A stretch of DNA of 64,000 nucleotides. Source: Euryarchaeota archaeon UBA121. GTDB lineage: Archaea > Thermoplasmatota > Poseidoniia > Poseidoniales > Thalassarchaeaceae. The DNA lies in NCBI GenBank assembly GCA_002499865.1, contig DANL01000059.1, forward strand, positions 5,460 through 69,459. Reading direction: 5' to 3'. Position numbers and translations under genes: made by a program. Below are positions 47,841-56,316 of this stretch, in pieces. The stretch's first letter is position 1. Every line of letters begins with the position of its first letter. The notes under the pieces were generated by a model that ran no database searches, had not been told where the DNA came from, and worked only from the letters and a program-made list of their open reading frames with translations.

Positions 47841-48700
47841 GCTCTTTTTCTGGCCGTGATCAACAACATGCCTGCAAACATCATTATCAGAGCACCGTCG
47901 ATTATGTCCCCTGTACCTGCCTCGCCCCAAGCTTCTTTACTCTCCAAATTTGAGTACTCTGCCCATATCAACCTTGTATTATCGTCACAGTAAGTACCCT
48001 GCTCTACAGATTCAGAAAGCACGGTAATGACCTGCTCTCCGGAGCCATTAGACCACGCTACAGGAAAACCATCTTCAAATAATGTAGACAGGTACGAGTA
48101 AGGCGGATTTTCTATTATCCAATTAAAGGAGGTTATTCGTGCAGATTCAGAAAGGTTCCATGCACTAATTCCATCTTCGACCACCTCACTAGATCCATTT
48201 TGAGACACACTCCACTCCAGAACATACTCTGAATAGTTGTTCAATCCATACATATTCCAAACGATATACAAAGTACCATTCTCGTTAAGATGAGAAGAAG
48301 TGCCCATTTCTAGCTCCTGTACAGGTTCCTCCTCAGAACACATTGTAATCACAGAACCCAATCCAAAAGACACATTGTAGGAAGAAATAATCAAGCATAA
48401 GAACACGATTAGAGGGATAACTATGCGTCTTCTCTTAACCTTAATTTTTTGATTATTTTCCGACTCCTGTGAACTTTCTGAATTGGGTATTTCTACTCCA
48501 CCATTGCCGTTTAATGTGACGGTTCCAAGTTCTGGAGGCTTTACTGGAGGCTCTACTCCCAAGTTCTCTAAAGCATCCCTTCCATAAATTCTCTCAGCCA
48601 TGTAGTAGAGCTCTTCGTCACCACTTATTTCAGAAGGTTGAATCGAACCATCTAGGACTCCCTTAATCCTCTCAGAGGCATCCATGGCGAGCGGTCTCAT
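47837..48700 (-). CDS. Hypothetical membrane protein with extracellular domain
   Basis: Two TM helices flanking an acidic domain with several N-x-S/T sequons. Confidence 0.7.
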   Translation of the reverse strand: MRPLAMDASERIKGVLDGSIQPSEISGDEELYYMAERIYGRDALENLGVEPPVKPPELGTVTLNGNGGVEIPNSESSQESENNQKIKVKRRRIVIPLIVFLCLIISSYNVSFGLGSVITMCSEEEPVQELEMGTSSHLNENGTLYIVWNMYGLNNYSEYVLEWSVSQNGSSEVVEDGISAWNLSESARITSFNWIIENPPYSYLSTLFEDGFPVAWSNGSGEQVITVLSESVEQGTYCDDNTRLIWAEYSNLESKEAWGEAGTGDIIDGALIMMFAGMLLITARKRA

Positions 48701-48747
48701 AGATACTTCATGAATGAAACCCCATCAATGATGAAATTAATTACGAT

Positions 48748-49689
48748 TCAGGACATTAACGATTCACACGAGATAGCAATATCTCCGTATGTTATTCCCA
48801 TGGCATCCATCAGCTCCTGGGGAGTCCCGCTCTCGCCAAACCTATCTGAAACGCCCACCATCCTCAGAGGAGTTACGCCGTTATAGGAGACATGCTCAGC
48901 AACGGCACTCCCCAATCCTCCAATTACTGAATGATCCTCCGCTGTTACCAGCCCCTTGCATTTACCCGCAAGTTCGTCAATCAATTCTGTATCGAGTGGT
49001 TTGAGTGTGTGCATATCTACTACCGTGGCCTCAATACCTTTGGAGGATAAGTATTCAGCTGCTTTCATTGATTCAGATACCATAACTCCACATGAAATGA
49101 TTGCTACATCCCCTCCCTCTCTCAGAACCGAGCCCTTTCCAATTTTCAAACTCTTACAGGTTTCTTGATCGTACATTCGAGGAGTTTTGTTCCTTGCCGT
49201 TCTTGTATATGATGGATTTTCGTGGTTTAGAAGCTGTACTGTCAGCTCTTCAGCCGAAAGATCATCGCAGGGATGCATCACTGTCATTCCTGGTATAGTC
49301 CGATAGAGGGCCAAATCTTCTATTGATTGCGCACTACTTCCATCTGTGCCAGTGTGCACACCTCCATGACTTCCACACAAATGTACTACTAATCCCGGTC
49401 TGGCTACCCCGTTCCTCACTTGTTCGAAACCCCTCTCAGTAAAAATAGCGAATGTGCTAGCAAACGGGATTTTCCCAGATGATGCCATACCGGAGGCTAC
49501 TAGGACCATATTTTGCTCTGCTATGCCAAGAGAAATTGTCCTCTCAGGATATAATTCCCTAAAATGACAAGATTTTGTAGATTTTCCAAGATCTGCTTCT
49601 AAGACAACAACTCTCGGATCACTGGACAATCTGAGTAGAGCCGAACCATATCCATCTCTGGATGCACCACCTGTAGAGGGAGCACTCAT
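48748..49689 (-). CDS. Transketolase, C-terminal subunit
   Basis: ADL..ST, GIAEQNM, G.DGSS.Q.IED, EDH...GGLG and D.FGESG motifs. Confidence 0.9.
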   Translation of the reverse strand: MSAPSTGGASRDGYGSALLRLSSDPRVVVLEADLGKSTKSCHFRELYPERTISLGIAEQNMVLVASGMASSGKIPFASTFAIFTERGFEQVRNGVARPGLVVHLCGSHGGVHTGTDGSSAQSIEDLALYRTIPGMTVMHPCDDLSAEELTVQLLNHENPSYTRTARNKTPRMYDQETCKSLKIGKGSVLREGGDVAIISCGVMVSESMKAAEYLSSKGIEATVVDMHTLKPLDTELIDELAGKCKGLVTAEDHSVIGGLGSAVAEHVSYNGVTPLRMVGVSDRFGESGTPQELMDAMGITYGDIAISCESLMS

Positions 49690-50495
49690 GACAACTCCTC
49701 CAATGACAAACGCAACTCTTCATCAGTAGGTGCCTTACCATGAAAGGATGGATTATTTTCCATAAATGACACTCCCTTTCCCTTCGTGGTATGCGCAATA
49801 ATTGCAGTTGGAGAGCTAATATTATTCGACGACCACTCTATTGCCGAAACCACTTCTTCCATTGAGTGGCCATCAATTTCTTTCACATCCCAACCGAAAG
49901 ATGAGAGTTTCTTTGCTACATCTCCCACTTCCATTTGGACCTCAACAAAATCATCATTCTGTATTCTGTTCCTGTCGACAATTAGATTCAATCTTCCAAC
50001 TGAGTGAAAATCTGCGGCCATAGCAGCCTCCCAAAACTGTCCTTCTTGTATTTCCCCATCTCCGACCATGACCCAAATATCTCTATCACTAGAATCCATC
50101 CTTGCCGCCAGGGCGCATCCAAGACCGAAAGAAAGCCCCATTCCTAAACTACCAGCAGAAAAATCAACTCCGTCTGTCCACTTCATATCTACATGCCCCT
50201 GACATACAGAGCCCATTTTTCTAAATGACATCATATCTGCCTCTGAAATAAACCCAACTTCATGAAGGATGGAGTAAACTGCAGGACTAGCATGCCCCTT
50301 GCTCATCACAAACCTATCCCTGTCCTCCCAATCAGGATTTTCTACGTCAAATCGTAATTTATTTGCATACAGTGCAACTAAAATATCAATGGCAGAGAGC
50401 GATCCTCCAGGATGACCGGCTCCAGCAGAATGAATCATTCTGACTATATGTCTCCGGCATTGACGAGCCAACTCTTCTAGCTGAACGTTGTCCAT
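49686..50495 (-). CDS. Transketolase, N-terminal (TPP-binding) subunit
   Basis: GHPGGSLS, RDRFVMSKGH, GSLGMG, GDGEIQEG and KGKG motifs. Confidence 0.92.
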   Translation of the reverse strand: MDNVQLEELARQCRRHIVRMIHSAGAGHPGGSLSAIDILVALYANKLRFDVENPDWEDRDRFVMSKGHASPAVYSILHEVGFISEADMMSFRKMGSVCQGHVDMKWTDGVDFSAGSLGMGLSFGLGCALAARMDSSDRDIWVMVGDGEIQEGQFWEAAMAADFHSVGRLNLIVDRNRIQNDDFVEVQMEVGDVAKKLSSFGWDVKEIDGHSMEEVVSAIEWSSNNISSPTAIIAHTTKGKGVSFMENNPSFHGKAPTDEELRLSLEELS

Positions 50496-50623
50496 CAATG
50501 AAGTTCGGGTAACGGAATTCACATGCCTGCTAGAAAATCTAACTAATGATGCTTTCCGGAGTCACCCCCTTACGATGACAGACGAATTCTTATGATGTCG
50601 ATACCCGACCAGTAGTTGTTACT

Positions 50624-51838
50624 ATGCCACTCGACGACGACGCAGTTTCTAATTCAGACTGGAGAGGTAGGCTTTCAACTATGGATATTCCTTTGGCAGT
50701 ATCTACAGATAATGTAACTCTAGATTGCCTCGAGACGCTCATCTATGAAGGTCGACTAACATTCGAACAAGGTGTGAAACTGATGATTAATCCAAGTCTA
50801 AACTCTGTCACCTCATTGGCTGATATGGTGAAGAAAGCTAGGTTTCATGATTACGTATTTTTCAATGATAATCTGCATGTAAACTCCACAAATGTATGTG
50901 TTTTGGCTTGTAGGTTTTGTGCTTTCAGAAAGGGTCCAAGACACCCAGATGCCTATTCATTGGACGTCGATCAGTATCTCGAAAGAGTCAGGCCCTATTC
51001 ATCTAGAATCGACGAAGTACATACTGTTGGTGGATTACACCCAACATGGACTGTTGCTGAGTATTGTGAATTGTTCTCAAATCTAAAAGATGAATTTCCA
51101 CACATTCACATTAAGGCACTAACTGCAGTCGAGATTAAGCATCTATCGATCAGGTCATCTCTTTCTTTCTCAGAGACTCTATCTAGGCTTTCTGAGGCAG
51201 GTCTTAATTCACTTCCTGGAGGTGGTGCAGAGATTCTAGTAGACAGTGTCAGGGACCGTATCTGTATGGGCAAGGAATCTTCAGATGAGTATCTAGATAT
51301 TCATGGGGTGGCTCATTCACTGGGCATTCCGACTAACTGTACAATGTTGTTTGGTACCGTTGAATCTGTGGAAGATCGGATTAACCATTTGTTGAGACTT
51401 AGAGAGCAACAAGATGCAACATCCGGGTTTCAGTGTTTTGTCCCTTATCCATTCTTACCTGACAAGACGAGACTGCCTGAAGCACAGCTCGCTACAGGGC
51501 AAGAGATAATACGCATGATTTCTGTCTCTAGACTAATGCTAGACAATATACCTCATATCAAGGCATATAGGATGAATATTGGAGACAAACTCGCCTCCTA
51601 TGCAATTAACTGTGGCGCTGACGATGTTGACGGAACCGTTGGCCATGAAGAAATAATGCATGAGGCTGGCAGTAAGACAAGCCTCACCACCAGCTCCGAA
51701 CAACTGGCCAGAATGGTAATTTCATCAGGCGCTACACCAGTAAAGAGAAACTCCTCTTACTCACAATTTGAAATAATCAGTCTACCAGAAGAAAACTCAT
51801 CCCAGGTCCTCCCCGTCATCACAGTCGAGGTTCCCTAA
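50624..51838 (+). CDS. mqnE: Radical SAM CofH/MqnC-like protein, probably aminofutalosine synthase MqnE
   Basis: CVLACRFC, HIKALTAVEI, PGGGAEI and LDNIPHIKAY motifs; abuts mqnA. Confidence 0.8.
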   Translation: MPLDDDAVSNSDWRGRLSTMDIPLAVSTDNVTLDCLETLIYEGRLTFEQGVKLMINPSLNSVTSLADMVKKARFHDYVFFNDNLHVNSTNVCVLACRFCAFRKGPRHPDAYSLDVDQYLERVRPYSSRIDEVHTVGGLHPTWTVAEYCELFSNLKDEFPHIHIKALTAVEIKHLSIRSSLSFSETLSRLSEAGLNSLPGGGAEILVDSVRDRICMGKESSDEYLDIHGVAHSLGIPTNCTMLFGTVESVEDRINHLLRLREQQDATSGFQCFVPYPFLPDKTRLPEAQLATGQEIIRMISVSRLMLDNIPHIKAYRMNIGDKLASYAINCGADDVDGTVGHEEIMHEAGSKTSLTTSSEQLARMVISSGATPVKRNSSYSQFEIISLPEENSSQVLPVITVEVP

Positions 51839-52642
51839 ATGAGTTGGAAGGACGTAATTGGCAGGGTATCTTTCTCTAACTGTGACCCTATCTTCGACGG
51901 CATAAGTCCTGAGTGGAAAATCCTCTCAGCACCACCAGCATGGTTAACTGGTCATGTGATGAGAAGGGACTGTATTACTGCCCCCATTCCATCCGCAGAT
52001 TATGCATCCAACAGTGAAAAACTGATGCTACTTCCAGATATTGGTATTGTTAGTAACGGTGAAGTTGGCTCTGTACTACTATTCGGCAACCGTCCTATAG
52101 AAAATATGAGGGATATTGCACTACCAACTGACTCATCGACTTCCAAGGTATTACTAAGTTGGATAATAAAGAATCGTGGTTTAGATCCGAAATTCATTGA
52201 GACCGGACCGAACATAAATTCCATGTTGGAAAAATGTGATGGGGCTCTTCTTATAGGAGATAGAGCGATTTTAGCTTCAATTTCCCATCCAGAACTAGTG
52301 AAAATGGATTTAGGAGCTGAATGGACCAGAATCACAGGGCTACCAATGGTCTTTGGAGTATTCGTAGCTAGAAGGGACTCCCCAGAGGGAATTTTGAGAG
52401 ATGCACACTCTGAAATGATCAAACAAGTCAAACTCTTTGAAAGTGATCAAAAATGGAGATCTTCTGTAATATCCCGTACATCCAAGAAACTCGGATTTCC
52501 TGAAGAAAGGGTTGAAGAATATTTTAGGGAGGAGGTTAGGAATAGAATGTCTCAAGATGATATCGACGGCCTCTTATTATTTCTAAAAGAGGCATGTGGG
52601 ATGCTTGAGCCACCAGTCTGGCTTGAACTTCATTCTGAGTAA
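51839..52642 (+). CDS. mqnA: Chorismate dehydratase (futalosine pathway)
   Basis: F.NCDP, G.VGSV, SSTS, ALLIGDRA and DLGAEW..ITGLPMVFGV motifs. Confidence 0.88.
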   Translation: MSWKDVIGRVSFSNCDPIFDGISPEWKILSAPPAWLTGHVMRRDCITAPIPSADYASNSEKLMLLPDIGIVSNGEVGSVLLFGNRPIENMRDIALPTDSSTSKVLLSWIIKNRGLDPKFIETGPNINSMLEKCDGALLIGDRAILASISHPELVKMDLGAEWTRITGLPMVFGVFVARRDSPEGILRDAHSEMIKQVKLFESDQKWRSSVISRTSKKLGFPEERVEEYFREEVRNRMSQDDIDGLLLFLKEACGMLEPPVWLELHSE

Positions 52643-53109
52643 TTCAGTTTCCTGCTGGAAACCCATTCTAGTAGGTCTAGTGCTACTTCGCATGACTCTG
52701 CAACAACGATATCTTTGTCCTCCTTGAATCTCTCTAGGACGCCGAGAGCCGTTCTATCGCCTATAGCTCCTAGAGCCTCTGCCGCTTCGTGTCTGACCAT
52801 GACATCCTCTTCATAATCCTCAAGTCTTTCAATCAAGTAAGGTACCGCCGTTGAATCCTGCATTTGACCCATTACATATGCTATTTCATGCTTCAAAAGT
52901 GCTGATGTCGATGAAAAGGCAGCCGCCAGAGCTTCCACTGAATCATTACCGCCAATATTTCTGAGTGCGAATAAGGCCCTCATTCTCTGAAACATCTTCT
53001 CTTCTTCATCGCATAAAGTTGCCCTGAGTCTAGAGACGTCATTGACAGTGCTTGGTGGAGCAGGATCCACAGAATCAAACTCACTGACCTCAGGCCTCTT
53101 CTCATCCAT
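52630..53109 (-). CDS. HEAT-repeat protein resembling one half of deoxyhypusine hydroxylase (DOHH)
   Basis: SVDPAPP; RALFALRN; SALLKHEIAYVMGQMQ; MVRHEAAEALGAIG; VVAESCEVALD; GGTGA RBS 6 nt upstream. Confidence 0.85.
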   Translation of the reverse strand: MDEKRPEVSEFDSVDPAPPSTVNDVSRLRATLCDEEEKMFQRMRALFALRNIGGNDSVEALAAAFSSTSALLKHEIAYVMGQMQDSTAVPYLIERLEDYEEDVMVRHEAAEALGAIGDRTALGVLERFKEDKDIVVAESCEVALDLLEWVSSRKLNYSE

Positions 53110-53111
53110 GT

Positions 53112-53969
53112 TTATTCACCCGAACCAACGAAAACAATTGAATCTACGTCTAAATCAGTTCTGACCATGCCTATTTCTTGACCCTTTCGAAGGAATAATC
53201 GAATAGCTTCCCTCCCGTCATCTCCATAGTCAAGAGTTCTTTTATTCACATACATGCCGACAAATTCCTCGTTTGTTTCATCATCTATTCCTCTTCCCCA
53301 TTCCTTAGCAAATTTTAATGCATCCTCAGGGTTTGAGAGTGAATGCTCAATGCTATTTCTTACATCATCAGTAATTTTCCCACACATTTCTAATCCTAGA
53401 TCTTTCCTTACCACATTACCTCCCAAAGGTAGAGGCAGACCTGTTTCTTCATTCCACCATATTCCCAAGTCTAGAACTAGATTAACCCCCTCGTCCTTCC
53501 AGGTTAGTTGTCCTTCGTGAATAATGACCCCCACATCATACTCCCCACGCTTAACCGATGGCATAATCTCATCAAATGGTACCACCCTGTAGTCAACATC
53601 TCCCAGAGCCAACCTTAGTGATAGATACGCGCTAGTCCCAACTCCGGGAATTGCGAAAACCTTGCTTTTTGCTTCTTCTATGGTCATTTCTTCTCTCGAA
53701 ATTATCATCGGCCCATATCCCTCTCCCATCGAAGCGCCGCAGTTCATCAAATGGTACTTATCAGAAATATCGGGGAATGAGTGTATGCTAACTGCGGAAA
53801 CTTCGTAATCGCCTTTCATTGCATGCTGGTTCAAAGTCTCAATATCCAATAGGACATGTTCGTATCTTCTATTTCCAGTGTCTATTACGCCAGTTGTCAT
53901 TGCATGGAACATGAATGCGTCATCCGGGTCTGGTGAGTGTCCAACTCTGTACACAGTCTCATCGCTCAT
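53112..53969 (-). CDS. mqnD: 1,4-dihydroxy-6-naphthoate synthase
   Basis: GHSPDPDDAFMF, DIETLN, GASMGEGYGP, IIHEGQ, LPLPLGG and MYVN motifs; start trimmed to ATG 53969. Confidence 0.9.
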   Translation of the reverse strand: MSDETVYRVGHSPDPDDAFMFHAMTTGVIDTGNRRYEHVLLDIETLNQHAMKGDYEVSAVSIHSFPDISDKYHLMNCGASMGEGYGPMIISREEMTIEEAKSKVFAIPGVGTSAYLSLRLALGDVDYRVVPFDEIMPSVKRGEYDVGVIIHEGQLTWKDEGVNLVLDLGIWWNEETGLPLPLGGNVVRKDLGLEMCGKITDDVRNSIEHSLSNPEDALKFAKEWGRGIDDETNEEFVGMYVNKRTLDYGDDGREAIRLFLRKGQEIGMVRTDLDVDSIVFVGSGE

Positions 53970-54057
53970 GTGCATACGCGTGCAAGACGATTCAAAACTC
54001 CTCCGTGTCATAACTCTCTGTAGTAAGAGTGAATAATCGCTACTATGACGAGTAGAC

Positions 54058-54255
54058 ATGCCGGACCCCGACAAGCTATCCACGGCCACAGGCCAGCTTG
54101 GTCCTATCTGCTTCGTCACAGGAAAGCCGATTACATTCTCAGAAGCTATAGTTGTTGATGACAAATATGTGTGTTACGAGGCATACGTGGAATTGATGGG
54201 CCAGGGCTCCGCTACTGATTCTCGTGAAGTCCCATCCAAGCTACCTCTGGAATGA
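54058..54255 (+). CDS. Small hypothetical protein (65 aa), possible degenerate metal-binding motif
   Basis: ICFVTGKPI...YVC; occupies the gap between mqnD and priS once the mqnD start is trimmed. Confidence 0.55.
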   Translation: MPDPDKLSTATGQLGPICFVTGKPITFSEAIVVDDKYVCYEAYVELMGQGSATDSREVPSKLPLE

Positions 54256-54292
54256 TGGGCACCTTCATGAATGACTGTCCCCCCTAGGTAAC

Positions 54293-55465
54293 GTGGCCAT
54301 CGGTTGGAGTAGGTATGCACTTAGATTTGGGGACTACTATCGTTCCTTGTCTACCGGTGATTTGTGGACGCCACCAAGGCTACGTTCTAGAGAGTGGATG
54401 TTCATACCATGGGGTTCTAAACCCCCTGACAGACATCGAGCATTGCCGACTAAAGTTGATTTACTGAAGTATTTACAGACAAGGTCGCCACATTCATGCT
54501 TTCATAGTACGGCATATTATAATGACCCTAGCCAAAGAAAAATGGTTGAGAAGGGCTGGTTAGGTGCAGATTTAATATTCGATCTTGACGGAGACCACCT
54601 TCCCGGTGTTTCTGATAATGACTTCCCAGGAATGATGGAGAAAATTCAGGAACAGGCATGGAGTCTTTGGTCAGATTTTCTTCATCCGGAGTTCGGATTT
54701 AATGAGAGATATGTACAGACAACTTTCTCAGGCCACAGAGGATTCCATATTCATGTTAGAGATCCATCTTTGATGCATCTTGACTCAAACGCTAGAAGGG
54801 AGCTAGTGAACTATATCACCGGCGTCGGAATTGACGTTCAATCTGTAATGTCAGGGCCCAATATTGGATGGTCCGAAAGGATAGATCTGGGATTTGATGA
54901 TGTAGTTGGAAAACTGGCTGATATATCATCAGGAGAAAACCCGGTAGAATCCATAAATATGTTACATTCTAGCCTCAAATCAAGGAACTTCTCATGTTCT
55001 AAGGAACAGATCAAGAAATTGGCCTCTGAATCCATCGCAGGGGGACGAATTGATAGATTGAGGGAAGATAATAGTAGGACTGTCTTCACAACCAAGAAAC
55101 TCAATGAGGCATTTTGGGAATTGGTCAAGGGAGCTCCATTAGCCGTTGGAGAGACTGATGAAAATGTGACAGTAGATATCAAGAGAGTTATCAGATGGGT
55201 GGGTAGCTTACATGGTAAATCAGGTCTGAGAGTTACAGAGTTCCCACTTTCTAGATTGGAGCCGGGAAGAAGTAACTCATTCGATGCGATGTCCGAGTCG
55301 TCTGTTTTTAGTACACAGAATAGCTGCAAAGTAGAATTAATTGTTGATGATGTGACAACTAGGATATCAGGTCAGGAAGTCTCAGGATCTTCAGGCGATG
55401 TATTCGAAGTTCATGAGTCCATGGCAACTTTCCTGGGGCTCAAAGGTTGGGCAATCATGCACTAA
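54293..55465 (+). CDS. priS: DNA primase catalytic subunit
   Basis: STAYY..P, ADLIFDLD, FSGHRGFH and VT.D..R.IR..GSLHGKSG motifs. Confidence 0.93.
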   Translation: MAIGWSRYALRFGDYYRSLSTGDLWTPPRLRSREWMFIPWGSKPPDRHRALPTKVDLLKYLQTRSPHSCFHSTAYYNDPSQRKMVEKGWLGADLIFDLDGDHLPGVSDNDFPGMMEKIQEQAWSLWSDFLHPEFGFNERYVQTTFSGHRGFHIHVRDPSLMHLDSNARRELVNYITGVGIDVQSVMSGPNIGWSERIDLGFDDVVGKLADISSGENPVESINMLHSSLKSRNFSCSKEQIKKLASESIAGGRIDRLREDNSRTVFTTKKLNEAFWELVKGAPLAVGETDENVTVDIKRVIRWVGSLHGKSGLRVTEFPLSRLEPGRSNSFDAMSESSVFSTQNSCKVELIVDDVTTRISGQEVSGSSGDVFEVHESMATFLGLKGWAIMH

Positions 55466-55537
55466 TGGGGGTACTTAGGCATACTTAATCACAGAATGTT
55501 GAATAGTGTAGAGTCCCGGAAATCAACTGAGACGAGT

Positions 55538-56293
55538 ATGCCGGACGATGAAGAATCTTTGGTAGGGCCTAATGGAATGCCCTTGCCACCGCCCCCTCCG
55601 GGGCTTAATTTACCCCCTCCTCCGCCTATCCCTGTCCCTCTACCACCACCCGTCGAGGCAAATGAAAACCCTCAATCTGAAAAAGACCTTGAAGATATCG
55701 AAATTCCTTCTGAAGTAGAGTCAAAGAATGACTTTCAAAGCCACTGGGAGAAGAGGAAATCTGACAGTGACTCCCCGGCAATAGAGAGTAGGGATAGCAT
55801 GTATGGACACATAGATAGAATTTCATCCGGCCAGGTGGGCTCCCTGATGGATAGGTTCTCCGATCGATTTGGCTCAGAGCTGGATAGGGAGATCATTGTA
55901 CTCAGAAAAAAGCAACAGCAAGATCTCCTCGCGATTAAGCCAACTGTAGAACTAATTTCCTCGCCTGATGATGATTACGAAGAAGAATCAGAAGATCAGA
56001 GTAATGATTCTGAAGAGGACTCCGGAGGTTTGTTCCCGCAGTTCTTCGAAATCGTGAATAATCTGCTTGGCGATATGGATGAGGATTTCATTGATTCCTT
56101 TGTCTCCTCAGATGACTTCCCCCTCTTCCAGGAAGTGGGGGAGGGTCCAAGTGATTGCGATGATGAAACTAAGGCAGAATTTTTCTCTATGATAAATAGA
56201 GTACTTGGGGAGCTTCCAGAGGAAAAGATTGGAGACTTTGTCGCTTCACCAGGTTTTGCAATTTATCAAGAGATGGGCGAGATTTATTCATAA
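55538..56293 (+). CDS. Acidic hypothetical protein with polyproline N-terminus and duplicated C-terminal helical motif
   Basis: PLPPPPPGLNLPPPPPIPVPLPPP; two ~35-aa repeats at the C-terminus. Confidence 0.75.
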   Translation: MPDDEESLVGPNGMPLPPPPPGLNLPPPPPIPVPLPPPVEANENPQSEKDLEDIEIPSEVESKNDFQSHWEKRKSDSDSPAIESRDSMYGHIDRISSGQVGSLMDRFSDRFGSELDREIIVLRKKQQQDLLAIKPTVELISSPDDDYEEESEDQSNDSEEDSGGLFPQFFEIVNNLLGDMDEDFIDSFVSSDDFPLFQEVGEGPSDCDDETKAEFFSMINRVLGELPEEKIGDFVASPGFAIYQEMGEIYS

Positions 56294-56316
56294 AATTAAA
56301 TTATTGAGGTGCGAAT

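Noticed and set aside
48748-50495. Possible DXP synthase (MEP pathway)
   Set aside because: The motifs (RDRFVMSKGH, GDGEIQEG) and two-gene layout match split archaeal transketolase, and mevalonate-route genes are present.
52630-53109. Interpreting the HEAT protein as a phycobilin lyase (CpcE/F) or a DOHH pseudogene fragment
   Set aside because: There are no phycobiliprotein genes nearby, and SVDPAPP plus two HE motifs at DOHH spacing are more specific. The ORF has its own RBS, start and stop, and intact mqn genes on both sides leave no room for a lost half.
53970-54164. N-terminal extension of MqnD
   Set aside because: The MqnD motif GHSPDPDD lies just after ATG 53969, and the extension is antisense to a more plausible small ORF.
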